Source: Candidatus Saccharimonadota bacterium (GTDB taxonomy: Bacteria > Patescibacteriota > Saccharimonadia > Saccharimonadales > Saccharimonadaceae). Taken from it: 32,000 nucleotides of DNA. Location: NCBI GenBank assembly GCA_025349965.1, contig CP075337.1, forward strand, positions 120,001-152,000, written 5' to 3'. Shown here piece by piece: positions 1-8,277 of the stretch; position 1 is the stretch's first letter, and every line of letters starts with the position of its first letter. The notes under the pieces were generated by a model that did not search any database, was not told the origin of the DNA, and was given only the letters and a program-made list of their open reading frames with translations. Both the position numbers and the translations under genes were made by a program.

Positions 1-2
1 CG

Positions 3-128
3 GCAAATACCATTCCAGTTGATGATGCCGAAGTCGCGGCAAAAATTTTCAAGGTGCTTGATGCAATTGATGATCTCGATGACGTAACAAATGTCCACAC
101 TAATGCGGACATTCAGGCGGAAGTTTAA
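3..128 (+). CDS. yebC: YebC/PmpR-family regulator, C-terminal end (5' part lies outside the window)
   Basis: An open frame from the window edge reads ANTIPVDDAEVAAKIFKVLDAIDDLDDVTNVHTNADIQAEV*, ending at TAA 126-128. This resembles the conserved YebC C-terminus (..L.D.LED.DDVQ.V..N..I). yebC upstream of ruvC is a common synteny. Confidence 0.6.
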   Translation, partial: ANTIPVDDAEVAAKIFKVLDAIDDLDDVTNVHTNADIQAEV

Positions 129-151
129 ATCTTTTTGAACGAAGCCTGGAA

Positions 152-176
152 AGACCCCGAGACGGGGTCTTTTTTG
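152..176 (+). terminator. Rho-independent terminator downstream of yebC
   Basis: A 7-bp stem AGACCCC (152-158) / GGGGTCT (164-170) with a 5-nt loop is followed by a T-run at 170-176. Confidence 0.75.
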
Positions 177-205
177 TTTTACTTCATTACCATTTAATTT
201 TCGAT

Positions 206-214
206 TGCCATACT
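206..214 (+). promoter_or_regulatory. Extended -10 box (TGCCATACT), 7 nt upstream of ATG 222
   Basis: The sequence is TGn + CATACT followed by AAGGGAC then ATG. The same architecture recurs at many genes in the window. Confidence 0.45.
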
Positions 215-221
215 AAGGGAC

Positions 222-1700
222 ATGCTGAAGAAAATATGTAGACTATTATTGTTGGGTTTAATGGTTTGCGCAGGTAGTGCGTGTGTAACCCCTACACACG
301 CTTCTTCAGCGAACGTCTTGCTTCCAAGTACGGAGACTGGAGTTGTTTTGACACATATTTATCCAGCAACCCTGAACGGGGCGACGCATGAAATGGTGGC
401 GCTGTATAACAATACTGCCGAGGCCATCGAAATAACAAATTGGTGTATTACGAATAAAAATGAGCAAGCACTCGTATGTTTCAAGAGCCAGGTAAAAGAC
501 GGCTTCTTCATAGACGGGTATACCCGTGTTGCAGTTGCTTCGGAAGAGTATGTTGCTACACTTGATGAGCAGGTGTTTATCGACCGTGTTTTTACTGTAG
601 CGAACAAGACGAGCGGTAGTCTCGTGGGGTCGAATGATACAGTACGCCTAAAAGATGCCGTTGGGCGCACCGTGTCTGAGTTTTCATGGACGTCCACTGC
701 TGTAAAAGGAAGTGGATATATACGAACGAGTTTTAACGATGAGACGCGTATGTATAGTACGGAGTCGCGTCTTGAGTCATTGGTGGCTGTAGTGATAGCG
801 GGCGGAGGTCTGCGTCTTGAGCCTCGAGCCGTTGATGATACACAAGAGGCTGCCATTGATACTGATCAGCTTCGCCTTTCCGAAATTCTTGCTAATCCAA
901 CAGGCGCGGATGCGGGCAACGAGTTTATTGAATTGTACAATAGTGGCTCTGCCACGGTTTTGCTTGATATGTATGCACTGCGTGTTACGGGTGGTTCCTC
1001 GGATAAGACCTTTACCTTTCCTGACGGTTTGTCTCTCGAGCCTGATGAATACTATGCGATCTATGATACGGAAGTAAAATTCTCTTTAAATAATACGGCG
1101 GGCGCAGTCTCGTTACTTCGATCCGGGGATGGTGCGTCCGAGGAGGATGTAGTTGACGCCGCACTTTATAGGGGCCCAAAAGAGGGTTATTCCTGGGCGT
1201 ATTTTAATGAAGACGAAAGTGTGGATTGGATATATACCTCGCGCCCAACACCCAATCAGCCCAATTTAAAAGATGAGCCCGTTGAGCAGGGGGTGAAAGT
1301 TTCTCAAGTGAAGACTTGTAGTGAAGATCAGTATAGAAATCCAGAGACAGGGCGCTGTAAAAAGAAAGGGGTCGTCGCAGTGGCGGCGTCTTGTAAGATT
1401 GGGCAATATCGAAGCGAGGAAACAGGACGTTGCCGCAATGTCGCTACTGCAAAGATCCCTACAGATTGCAAACAAGGACAGGAACGAAACCCGGAAACAA
1501 ACCGATGTAGGAATAGTAAACAGATGACAAAAGCAGGTCATGGGGTTGAGGTGAAGCCGACTATTACTTCGGGTGGCGTCGCGTGGTATGCGTGGGTGTT
1601 GGTGGGGGTGATTGTTGTTGGGGTGCTTGCGTATGGGGCGTGGGAATGGAGGGGCGAACTTTATAAAATCTGGCAAAAGCTTCGTCAGCAGAAGGGGTAA
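222..1700 (+). CDS. Membrane-anchored surface protein with two lamin-tail-like (LTD) domains and three Cys-loop repeats
   Basis: The 492-aa ORF has an N-terminal signal peptide (MLKKICRLLLLGLMVCAGSAC..THA/SS). It carries the LTD hallmark LSEILANPTGADAGNEFIELYNSG plus a weaker upstream copy (LTHIYPATLNGATHEMVALYNN). Three C-x3-Q-x-R-x2-ET-x-RC repeats follow, then a C-terminal TM helix (VAWYAWVLVGVIVVGVLAYGAW) and a basic tail. Confidence 0.7.
   Translation: MLKKICRLLLLGLMVCAGSACVTPTHASSANVLLPSTETGVVLTHIYPATLNGATHEMVALYNNTAEAIEITNWCITNKNEQALVCFKSQVKDGFFIDGYTRVAVASEEYVATLDEQVFIDRVFTVANKTSGSLVGSNDTVRLKDAVGRTVSEFSWTSTAVKGSGYIRTSFNDETRMYSTESRLESLVAVVIAGGGLRLEPRAVDDTQEAAIDTDQLRLSEILANPTGADAGNEFIELYNSGSATVLLDMYALRVTGGSSDKTFTFPDGLSLEPDEYYAIYDTEVKFSLNNTAGAVSLLRSGDGASEEDVVDAALYRGPKEGYSWAYFNEDESVDWIYTSRPTPNQPNLKDEPVEQGVKVSQVKTCSEDQYRNPETGRCKKKGVVAVAASCKIGQYRSEETGRCRNVATAKIPTDCKQGQERNPETNRCRNSKQMTKAGHGVEVKPTITSGGVAWYAWVLVGVIVVGVLAYGAWEWRGELYKIWQKLRQQKG
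1317..1508 (+). repeat. Three tandem 14-residue Cys-loop repeats encoded within the LTD protein
   Basis: The repeats are CSEDQYRNPETGRC, CKIGQYRSEETGRC and CKQGQERNPETNRC, separated by 11-12 aa basic linkers. Confidence 0.8.
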
Positions 1701-1715
1701 TTCGCGTAAGTATCG

Positions 1716-1721
1716 TATACT
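1716..1721 (+). promoter_or_regulatory. -10 box TATACT, 7 nt upstream of the ruvC ATG
   Basis: The sequence reads TATACT-AAGGGTA-ATG(1729). Confidence 0.45.
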
Positions 1722-1728
1722 AAGGGTA

Positions 1729-2208
1729 ATGAGAGTACTTGGAATTGACCCAGGAACGGGGATTATGGGATTTGGCGTCGTTGACGTGTCGCCGAGTGGC
1801 TCCTTTACGCTTGTCGATGCCGGGGTTATTCGCACTCCACCACACACTCCTCAAGACGAGCGACTCGAGGATATCTACGCGAGTTTGAATGAAATTATAG
1901 ACGCAACGAAGCCGGATGTTTGTTCGATTGAGAAACTCTTTTTTATGAGGAATATCACTACCGCTATGACCGTGGCGGAAGCACGTGGCGTGGCACTCTT
2001 GGCGGCGAGACTTCACGGTTTATCAATTCACGAGTATACGCCGATGCAGATTAAGCAGGTCGCAACGGGATATGGCAAGGCAGACAAAAAGCAGGTTCAG
2101 GAGATGGTCCGTGTCCATTTGGGTCTACGTGAAGTCCCGAAGCCTGATGACTGTGCGGATGCTTTGGCTGCCGCTATTACGCATGCAATGATGTCACGTG
2201 TTCAGTAA
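1729..2208 (+). CDS. ruvC: Crossover junction endodeoxyribonuclease RuvC
   Basis: The protein starts MRVLGIDPGTGIMGFGV (catalytic Asp in GIDPG) and contains the C-terminal DDCADALAAAITH motif. The start is placed at the internal ATG 1729, not the track start 1612 that overlaps the upstream gene. Confidence 0.9.
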   Translation: MRVLGIDPGTGIMGFGVVDVSPSGSFTLVDAGVIRTPPHTPQDERLEDIYASLNEIIDATKPDVCSIEKLFFMRNITTAMTVAEARGVALLAARLHGLSIHEYTPMQIKQVATGYGKADKKQVQEMVRVHLGLREVPKPDDCADALAAAITHAMMSRVQ

Positions 2209-2800
2209 AGGGCTTCTTTTGGCGTGTATTTATAGTTGCACAGACAAGTGCGCGATACGTTTCTGAATGGTTGTTATATAGTCTCGTGAGGCGCCAGAGA
2301 CGCATCCAATCACCGCGTCTTCCGTGAAGATAAAAGCCGATACTGGAGTAGCGGTCGTGTTCCCAGTCTGAATGCTGGGCGTGGAGTTGGGTCGACACAT
2401 GAAGTGCGTCATGGGGGCCGCAAAGGATCTGCATATCTGCTCGTAGGGCAGGGTTCTGCGGATGATTGATGTGTTCGGACTCTTGAAATTCAATTAATTT
2501 GTTTATAAGCAATACACCGAGCGTTTGTACATCGGCTTGATTGAATGCAAACAGGAGGAGCGATATGGATGTGCGCGTGATGGAGAAGGCGAGGAGATCT
2601 GTTGTGGTCGCAAGACGCTGTAGTGTGATTGCATGGGGGTTGAGCGCATGGCCGCCGAGCGTATCTTGTAGTATTGCAATAATGTACGCTCGTTCCGTAT
2701 TGGAGTGGATAATGGTGCGAAAGGGTGTCCGGTGGCTCGCCTTTATATTCAAAAGATAATAGGCGGTATGCACAGGTGAGTATAGGCTCTCAGGTTTCAT
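2177..2800 (-). CDS. Hypothetical His-rich soluble protein (207 aa) encoded antisense between ruvC and ruvA
   Basis: This is the only long ORF in the 700-bp ruvC-ruvA gap (the track ORF has 247 codons). The start is chosen at ATG 2800 because TACAAT (2808-2813, minus) lies 7 nt upstream, matching the window-wide pattern. There is no TM segment and I recognise no family motif with confidence. Weak resemblance to 2H phosphoesterases (LHVSTQL; C-terminal FYLHGRRGDWMRL) is speculative. Confidence 0.6.
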   Translation of the reverse strand: MKPESLYSPVHTAYYLLNIKASHRTPFRTIIHSNTERAYIIAILQDTLGGHALNPHAITLQRLATTTDLLAFSITRTSISLLLFAFNQADVQTLGVLLINKLIEFQESEHINHPQNPALRADMQILCGPHDALHVSTQLHAQHSDWEHDRYSSIGFYLHGRRGDWMRLWRLTRLYNNHSETYRALVCATINTRQKKPFTEHVTSLHA

Positions 2801-2807
2801 GGGCTTT

Positions 2808-2813
2808 ATTGTA
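2808..2813 (-). promoter_or_regulatory. -10 box TACAAT, 7 nt upstream of ATG 2800 (minus strand)
   Basis: The minus strand reads TACAAT-AAAGCCC-ATG. Confidence 0.4.
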
Positions 2814-2894
2814 GGGAGTTCAAATGAAAACATACTAAAGTTTTGAAAGATTGTGTAGTATTTTTGTCTATCAGGGGTGGTGAGAGGTGAATAG

Positions 2895-2903
2895 TGGTAT
2901 ACT
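2895..2903 (+). promoter_or_regulatory. Extended -10 box TGGTATACT, 7 nt upstream of the ruvA ATG
   Basis: The sequence reads TGGTATACT-AAGAACA-ATG(2911). Confidence 0.5.
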
Positions 2904-2910
2904 AAGAACA

Positions 2911-3486
2911 ATGATTGCACATGTGGTAGGTACTGTTGCCGAGAAATTTGGAAATGCCGTTATTGTTGACGTGCAGGGTGTTGGGTATGAGGTGCAGGTT
3001 GCACAGCCTGATTTTGACGCCGCACTTATTGATGAAACGGTTAAGTTTTTTACCTATCATCATGTTCGTGAACAATCTCAAGAGCTATTCGGATTTGCCT
3101 CTTTGGCGACAAAAAAGCTTTTCGAACTTCTTATCACCGTGCAAGGTGTCGGCCCTAAGGCTGCCTTGGCAATTCTTTCCATAGGTGGTGGCGAAGAAGC
3201 CCGTAATGCAATTGCGCAAAGCGATAGTGCTTTCGTGGCGAGAGCTACTGGTGTGGGCAAGAAAATTGCTGAGCGTGTGGTTGTTGATTTGTCAGACAAG
3301 GTAGGGCTTCCGGTGTCTATTTCACATGGCGGCGCAGGCATACCTGTGGCGTTGAGCGGTGATGAGGCGCTTGAGGCGCTTGTTGCACTTGGCTATACAC
3401 TTCAGGATGCTACAGTGGCGCTTGAAAAAATAGATAAGACACTTCCGACGTCAGAAAGAGTGCGACAAGCACTACAGGGTGCGTAA
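2911..3486 (+). CDS. ruvA: Holliday junction branch migration complex subunit RuvA
   Basis: The protein starts [12 protein letters not shown]...[12 protein letters not shown] and contains the HhH region [17 protein letters not shown] and [13 protein letters not shown]. The start is the ATG at 2911 rather than the GTG at 2887. Confidence 0.9.
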   Translation: MIAHVVGTVAEKFGNAVIVDVQGVGYEVQVAQPDFDAALIDETVKFFTYHHVREQSQELFGFASLATKKLFELLITVQGVGPKAALAILSIGGGEEARNAIAQSDSAFVARATGVGKKIAERVVVDLSDKVGLPVSISHGGAGIPVALSGDEALEALVALGYTLQDATVALEKIDKTLPTSERVRQALQGA

Positions 3487-4499
3487 TGGCAATTGAGCGC
3501 ATTGTTGATACTGGTGTCCATGACGAAGATAGCGAAGAGCAGATTATTGAAGTTTCTTTGCGCCCGCAGACATTCCTGGAGTATGTTGGGCAAGAGCGTC
3601 TGAAGACAAATCTACAGCTTGCAATTGATGCCGCTAAGAAACGTGATGAAGTATTGGACCACATTCTTTTATACGGCCCTCCCGGTCTTGGCAAAACTAC
3701 CATGGCAACAGTCGTGGCGAGAGAGATGGGTGCAAATATCCGCGTTACGGCAGGGCCAGCTATTGAACGGGCGGCAGATTTAGCCAGTATTCTTACTAGT
3801 CTTCAGGACGGCGACGTGCTGTTTATTGATGAAATTCACCGCTTGAGCCGGGCTGTTGAAGAGGTGCTCTATTCCGCAATGGAAGATTTTAAGCTTGATA
3901 TTGTTATTGGAAAGGGCCCGGGCGCCCGGAGTGTGCGTCTCGATTTGCCAAAATTCACTATTATTGGAGCTACAACTCGCACCGGCTCACTGGCGGCTCC
4001 TCTTCGTGATAGGTTTGGACACATTTATCGTCTTGAGTTTTATAAACCCGAGGAGATTGGCTTAATTATTGCACGGGCTGCTTCTATTTTGGGCACTGAA
4101 ATCCATACTGAGGCGGCGCAGCTTCTTTCAACGAGAGCGCGTTTAACGCCACGCATCGCCAATAGGCTACTTAAGCGCGTGCGTGACTACGCTGATGTAA
4201 ATGGCGATGGAATTATTGACACTACGGTTACGACAAGCGCCCTTACGCTCCTCGAGGTGGATGAGCTTGGGCTTGACTCGGGAGATAGAAATCTGCTCGA
4301 GAAGATGATTGACCTCTACGGTGATACGCCCGTCGGCCTTACGACACTCGCCGCTCTTACGGGAGATGAGACGTCTACGATTGAAGATTTTTATGAGCCA
4401 TATCTTCTTCAGATCGGGCTTATTGAACGAACGCCTCGTGGTAGGCGAGCCACTCCACGTGCCTTTGCGCACCTTAAAAAGCCCTCAGGGGAGGCATAA
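3486..4499 (+). CDS. ruvB: Holliday junction DNA helicase RuvB
   Basis: It has Walker [10 protein letters not shown], Walker [11 protein letters not shown] and an overall AAA+ RuvB layout. The ATG overlaps the ruvA stop (TAATG). Confidence 0.95.
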   Translation: MAIERIVDTGVHDEDSEEQIIEVSLRPQTFLEYVGQERLKTNLQLAIDAAKKRDEVLDHILLYGPPGLGKTTMATVVAREMGANIRVTAGPAIERAADLASILTSLQDGDVLFIDEIHRLSRAVEEVLYSAMEDFKLDIVIGKGPGARSVRLDLPKFTIIGATTRTGSLAAPLRDRFGHIYRLEFYKPEEIGLIIARAASILGTEIHTEAAQLLSTRARLTPRIANRLLKRVRDYADVNGDGIIDTTVTTSALTLLEVDELGLDSGDRNLLEKMIDLYGDTPVGLTTLAALTGDETSTIEDFYEPYLLQIGLIERTPRGRRATPRAFAHLKKPSGEA

Positions 4500-4500
4500 T

Positions 4501-4509
4501 TGCTATACT
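4501..4509 (+). promoter_or_regulatory. Extended -10 box TGCTATACT, 6 nt upstream of ATG 4516
   Basis: The sequence reads TGCTATACT-AAGAGT-ATG. Confidence 0.5.
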
Positions 4510-4515
4510 AAGAGT

Positions 4516-5202
4516 ATGAATGACACCCCGCGCAATATACCAGAAGAAACACCACCTATACAGCCGACTGTAGTACATGTTGCGAGGCCACTTGAGCCGG
4601 AGAAGATCGAGATTACTCCTGAACAGCGCCGTAGGCACGACCGATCCACTCGTCTCTATCCAAATTTAAATCTTAGCGAGGGTGAATATGTTATCCGCGC
4701 AGTGCGGAGGCATCCGATTGGGTTAATAATGCCGCTTTCCGTTGGGGTTCTTTTGATTGCTGCTGCAATGTCTGTCTTGGTGTACTACGAAGAAATAGCA
4801 GAAGCCGTTCCGCTTCTCGGTCAGCTCGGCGGTTTTCAGGGGTTGTTTTTGCCCGTGGTGGCCTTGATTGTGCTTTTTGCCTTTCTCATGTTTATTAGCT
4901 GGTATGTCTATACGAGTAATAGGTTTTTTCTTACAAACGAGAGTGTTATTCAGGAGATTCAGCCGAGTATATTCTCTCACCAAGAGCAGACTGTGAGTCT
5001 TGGTAATATTGAAGATGCGAGTTATACCAAGAAAGGTATTCTTCAGCAAATACTTGACTATGGAGATATTAGATTAAGTACCGAAGGTGATGAGACGACC
5101 TACCGCTTTAGTTATGTTGCTCACCCTAAAGAGCATATCGCGCACCTTAATAATGCGGTTGAAGCTTTTAAAAACGGCCGTCCCGTTCCGGACGAATTCT
5201 AG
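4516..5202 (+). CDS. Membrane protein with bacterial PH domain (YdbS/YdbT-like, bPH_2)
   Basis: It shows the LSEGEYVIRAVRRHP motif, then two TM helices, then FFLTNESVIQ...IEDASYTKKGILQQILDYGDIRLST, as is typical of DUF304/bPH_2. The start is the internal ATG behind the -10 box, not the track start 4309 inside ruvB. Confidence 0.6.
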   Translation: MNDTPRNIPEETPPIQPTVVHVARPLEPEKIEITPEQRRRHDRSTRLYPNLNLSEGEYVIRAVRRHPIGLIMPLSVGVLLIAAAMSVLVYYEEIAEAVPLLGQLGGFQGLFLPVVALIVLFAFLMFISWYVYTSNRFFLTNESVIQEIQPSIFSHQEQTVSLGNIEDASYTKKGILQQILDYGDIRLSTEGDETTYRFSYVAHPKEHIAHLNNAVEAFKNGRPVPDEF

Positions 5203-5591
5203 TTTTTGTTCTTTTTTACAAAATCGTCTTCTCGTTCGAGAATCGCGCGCAATGAGTAGCCGGTGCAGGTAGTATCACTTGTGCAACCAGTTGGCTCATA
5301 GCGATATTGACTATCACCTTCGCCAATGAGGATATCGTTTGTGTCCTTGAACGTGTCAGGATTCACGGTTGGAAGGGTATCCTTGGTGAGTGTCCGAGGG
5401 TAGGATTTATGCGCCGGATAGTAAACAGATTCAAGCGTATGATACATCGTATTGATAGCTGTTTTGCGCGCTTCATCACGTGCCGCCGCTGTAACGTTAT
5501 TTTTTTGCGTAAAGAAAAGTATACTTGCAAATGCCAAGACCGCTACAACAATAAGTATTTCAATAATGGTAAAGCCTTTGCGTGATTTCAT
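5199..5591 (-). CDS. Type IV pilin (prepilin with class III signal)
   Basis: The N-terminus is MKSRKG/FTIIEILIVVAVLAFASILF, with G at -1, F at +1 and E at +5. A C-terminal Cys pair (CTSDTTC) is present. The start is chosen at ATG 5591, preceded by TGATACAAT + 8 nt. Confidence 0.8.
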   Translation of the reverse strand: MKSRKGFTIIEILIVVAVLAFASILFFTQKNNVTAAARDEARKTAINTMYHTLESVYYPAHKSYPRTLTKDTLPTVNPDTFKDTNDILIGEGDSQYRYEPTGCTSDTTCTGYSLRAILEREDDFVKKNKN

Positions 5592-5599
5592 CTCTATGT

Positions 5600-5608
5600 A
5601 TTGTATCA
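5600..5608 (-). promoter_or_regulatory. Extended -10 box TGATACAAT, 8 nt upstream of pilin ATG 5591 (minus)
   Basis: The minus strand reads TGATACAAT-ACATAGAG-ATG. Confidence 0.5.
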
Positions 5609-5676
5609 TGAGCGCTTATCTATATAAATGCTCTATGAAATAGCGTTGTTATATAACAATTTAACTAATGTACAGG

Positions 5677-5700
5677 TATAATAAGAGTATATAAGGAGGG
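5677..5700 (+). promoter_or_regulatory. recA -10 box (TATAAT 5677-5682) and Shine-Dalgarno (AAGGAGGG 5693-5700)
   Basis: The sequence is TATAATAAGAGTATATAAGGAGGGAAGT-ATG(5705). A near-identical arrangement occurs upstream of the VOC gene at 17081. Confidence 0.55.
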
Positions 5701-5704
5701 AAGT

Positions 5705-6760
5705 ATGGCAACTAAGAAAACTGAAACGTCTGATACTACCAAGACAAAAACGACCCAATCTAACCCAGCTTCAGAGGCAAAGCTTAAAGCGCTTGGCCTT
5801 GCGCAAGAACAAATTAACAAGCAATTTGGTGATGGTGCGATTCGACGCCTTGGGGACACCAAGACTGTTGATGTTGAGCTCATTAGCAGTGGTGCACTAA
5901 GTCTCGACCTCGCGCTCGGTGGCGGGTATCCGAAAGGGCGCATCGTAGAGATTTATGGCCCCGAGTCTTCAGGTAAAACAACCCTTACGCTCCATGCAAT
6001 TGCAGAAATTCAAAAGCAGGGTGGCACAGCTGCCTTTGTTGATGCAGAACATGCGCTTGACCCTGCATACGCACGGCGTGTTGGCGTTGATACGGACAGT
6101 CTTCTCGTTGCACAACCGGATAACGGTGAGCAGGCGCTTGAGATTGTTGAAACATTGGTGCGTTCAAACGCAGTTGATCTTGTAGTAGTCGACTCAGTGG
6201 CTGCGCTTGTGCCGCAGGCTGAGATTGATGGCGAGATGGGTGATAGCCATATGGGTCTTCAGGCTCGCCTAATGAGCCAGGCGCTTCGTAAGCTTACGGG
6301 TATTATTAATAAGAGCAAGACAATTGTCATCTTCATTAACCAGATTCGTATGAAAATCGGCGTGATGTTTGGCAACCCTGAAACTACCACCGGTGGTAAT
6401 GCGCTTAAGTTCTACGCTTCAGTCCGCATGGATATTCGTCGCACCGGCCAGATTAAAGCAGGCGAAGAGATTATAGGTAACCGGACAAAGGTGAAGATCG
6501 TAAAGAATAAGATTGCTCCGCCTTTCCGAGTTGCTGAGTTTGATATCATGTACAATCAGGGTATTTCAAAGACGGGCGACGTGCTTGACCTTGCAGTTCA
6601 GCATGGCATCGTTGGCAAGGCTGGTGCATGGTTTGATTATGCGGATGGCAAGATTGGTCAGGGGCGTGAAGCTGCAAAGCAGTATCTCTCAGAACATCCA
6701 GAAGTGCTGGGTGAGGTTGAGGCTAAAGTCCGTGAAAAAGTTGCGGCCGAGGAAGTCTAG
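5705..6760 (+). CDS. recA: Recombinase RecA
   Basis: It has Walker [10 protein letters not shown], the motifs FVDAEHALD and VVVDSVAAL, and the L2 region [33 protein letters not shown]-rich N-terminal extension of about 20 aa is present. Confidence 0.97.
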   Translation: MATKKTETSDTTKTKTTQSNPASEAKLKALGLAQEQINKQFGDGAIRRLGDTKTVDVELISSGALSLDLALGGGYPKGRIVEIYGPESSGKTTLTLHAIAEIQKQGGTAAFVDAEHALDPAYARRVGVDTDSLLVAQPDNGEQALEIVETLVRSNAVDLVVVDSVAALVPQAEIDGEMGDSHMGLQARLMSQALRKLTGIINKSKTIVIFINQIRMKIGVMFGNPETTTGGNALKFYASVRMDIRRTGQIKAGEEIIGNRTKVKIVKNKIAPPFRVAEFDIMYNQGISKTGDVLDLAVQHGIVGKAGAWFDYADGKIGQGREAAKQYLSEHPEVLGEVEAKVREKVAAEEV

Positions 6761-6792
6761 GCTTCCCGAGTACCGCTACTTAGAAACTCTCT

Positions 6793-7422
6793 ATGCGGGT
6801 TACTAATCTTAAGCCCCAGCAGCGTGACAAGAACCGAGTAAACGTCTATCTTGATGGCGTTTACTCTTTTTCGCTTGATTTAGCGCAAGTCCTCGAACTT
6901 GGTATTCGTATAAACGCAGACTATTCAGAGGATGAGATTACTCATATCCGCGCGGAATCTGAATTTGGAAAGTTATATACACGAACACTTGAATATTCAT
7001 TAATGCGACCGAGGAGTGTGTACGAGGTGGAACAATACCTCTACCGTAAAATGCGTCCGTCTCGTACGAAAACAGGTGAGATGAGGCCTGGATATAGCAA
7101 ACAAGCTTCAGAGAGGGTGCTTGATCGTATTCTTGAAAGAGGCTACGTGGACGATGCAAAATTTGCAATGTACTGGGTGGAAAATAGGCGACTGAAGAAG
7201 GGTGCGAGCGAGCGCCTGCTGCGTTCTGAACTTTCGGCAAAAGGGGTGGCGTCGAGCATTATTGATGTGACCTTGGCAGATTCGCCTAGGTCTGAAAGAG
7301 ATGAGCTGCGAAAAGTGATTGAGCGAAAGTCTGCGCGCTATTCGGATAGGCAGAAGCTTATACAGTATCTCGTAAGACAGGGTTTTTCTTATAGTGATGT
7401 TGTCGACGAATTATCTACCTGA
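6793..7422 (+). CDS. recX: Recombination regulator RecX
   Basis: It lies immediately downstream of recA. Repeated helical modules are present (YSLMRPRSVYEVEQYL; RGYVDDAKFAMYWVENR; QYLVRQGFSYSDV). Confidence 0.8.
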   Translation: MRVTNLKPQQRDKNRVNVYLDGVYSFSLDLAQVLELGIRINADYSEDEITHIRAESEFGKLYTRTLEYSLMRPRSVYEVEQYLYRKMRPSRTKTGEMRPGYSKQASERVLDRILERGYVDDAKFAMYWVENRRLKKGASERLLRSELSAKGVASSIIDVTLADSPRSERDELRKVIERKSARYSDRQKLIQYLVRQGFSYSDVVDELST

Positions 7423-7970
7423 GGTGTTTTGAACGGATTAACGAAGTTACCTCGCTCGGTATTCATAATCGGCTGCGCTATCTTTGCCTTAGGTGCTTTT
7501 ACGATAATCGCCGAGTCGTTAATTTCTATAATTTGAGAACGGTGTACGAGCAGGCCTCCTGTGTCGGTAAACTCTTTAAGAAGACTTCGACGAACTGAAA
7601 GTTGTTGAACTTCAAAATTGAGGGTGTCTACGGTATAGCCACTCACTTTGCCAAGTTTTTTACCATCTTCGTCTCGCACGTGCATTGAGATGAGCGGAAA
7701 ATTAATTTTAAGTATTTCGTCTAACTTTATTACATCTCCGGCGGCCACAAACTCATCAGCATCATCCACGATAATCCCGAGGCTTCCGAACTCTCGAATA
7801 TCGGAAGTGAGGAGATAAAGAGGTACAGGTGTGTTGAATGCAACTATTTCATAGGCAACAACGCGTAAATTGGCAGGATTGATAATGGGGCGTTTTGTCA
7901 CACCAATGCGTCCACCTACATGGAGGCTCATGACCGGGGCGTTGATAAGTCGGGATTCATTCACAAGCAT
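7389..7970 (-). CDS. Tandem PRC-barrel-like protein, last gene of the pilus operon
   Basis: The protein has 193 aa. Two segments resemble PRC barrels (LINAPVMSLHVGGRIGVTKRPIINPANLRVVAY; VRDEDGKKLGKVSGYTVDTLNFEVQQLSV). An SD (AGGAG) lies upstream, and the gene overlaps the recX 3' end by 34 nt. Confidence 0.45.
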   Translation of the reverse strand: MLVNESRLINAPVMSLHVGGRIGVTKRPIINPANLRVVAYEIVAFNTPVPLYLLTSDIREFGSLGIIVDDADEFVAAGDVIKLDEILKINFPLISMHVRDEDGKKLGKVSGYTVDTLNFEVQQLSVRRSLLKEFTDTGGLLVHRSQIIEINDSAIIVKAPKAKIAQPIMNTERGNFVNPFKTPQVDNSSTTSL

Positions 7971-7979
7971 AGGGCGCTC

Positions 7980-8264
7980 CTACTCAGAAGAGAAGGGGTT
8001 ATTTTTTCCTGTAGGCAGTTGGGGTGGTGTGGTGAGCTCATCGCTACTATGAAGTGATTGCATTAGAGAGAGTGTGCTTTGTGTGCTTGAATTGCTGGAT
8101 TGATTTACGGTTGTACTCGCTGGCGGATTGACGACAACGTTATTGACGAGAAGCACTACACCACAGAGGATGCCGGTAATAAAGATGATAAAAAAGGTAA
8201 GATGGTATCGCTTAAAAAGAGCGACTACATTCCAGACTGGGAGTTGTACTTGTATGTCCTTCAT
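7980..8264 (-). CDS. Small single-pass membrane protein (94 aa), pilus-operon member of unknown function
   Basis: It has one TM helix (LTFFIIFITGILCGVVLLV) and an S/T/N-rich extracytoplasmic tail. An SD (AAAGGAAG) lies upstream, and the gene is tightly spaced between the pilO-like and PRC-barrel genes. Confidence 0.5.
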   Translation of the reverse strand: MKDIQVQLPVWNVVALFKRYHLTFFIIFITGILCGVVLLVNNVVVNPPASTTVNQSSNSSTQSTLSLMQSLHSSDELTTPPQLPTGKNNPFSSE

Positions 8265-8277
8265 AGCTTCCTTTCTA

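Noticed and set aside
1612-1728. N-terminal extensions suggested by the ORF track for ruvC (1612), the PH-domain gene (4309), pilN (9467), ChaB (17505), the PhnB-like gene (17749), GT39 (19253), tilS (21939), hrcA (29577) and ruvA (2887).
   Set aside because: The extensions overlap upstream genes or run through promoter boxes. The conserved family N-termini begin at the internal ATGs, each preceded by a -10 box or an SD.
1266-1847. A 193-aa minus-strand ORF spanning the LTD gene 3' end and the ruvC 5' end.
   Set aside because: It overlaps two well supported plus-strand genes and crosses their intergenic promoter. It has no recognisable motif and is a shadow ORF.
2209-2910. The possibility that the ruvC-ruvA gap encodes a structured RNA (RNase P RNA, tmRNA or SRP RNA) rather than a protein.
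   Set aside because: I did not see the conserved RNase P (GAGGAAAGUCCGGGC-type), tmRNA or SRP motifs. An uninterrupted run of more than 200 codons at about 48% GC is very unlikely by chance.
2801-2920. A longer 247-aa version of the ruvC-ruvA antisense ORF starting at GTG 2920.
   Set aside because: That start lies inside ruvA and its promoter. An internal ATG at 2800 has the window-typical TACAAT + 7 nt context. The ATG at 2833 remains a possible alternative.
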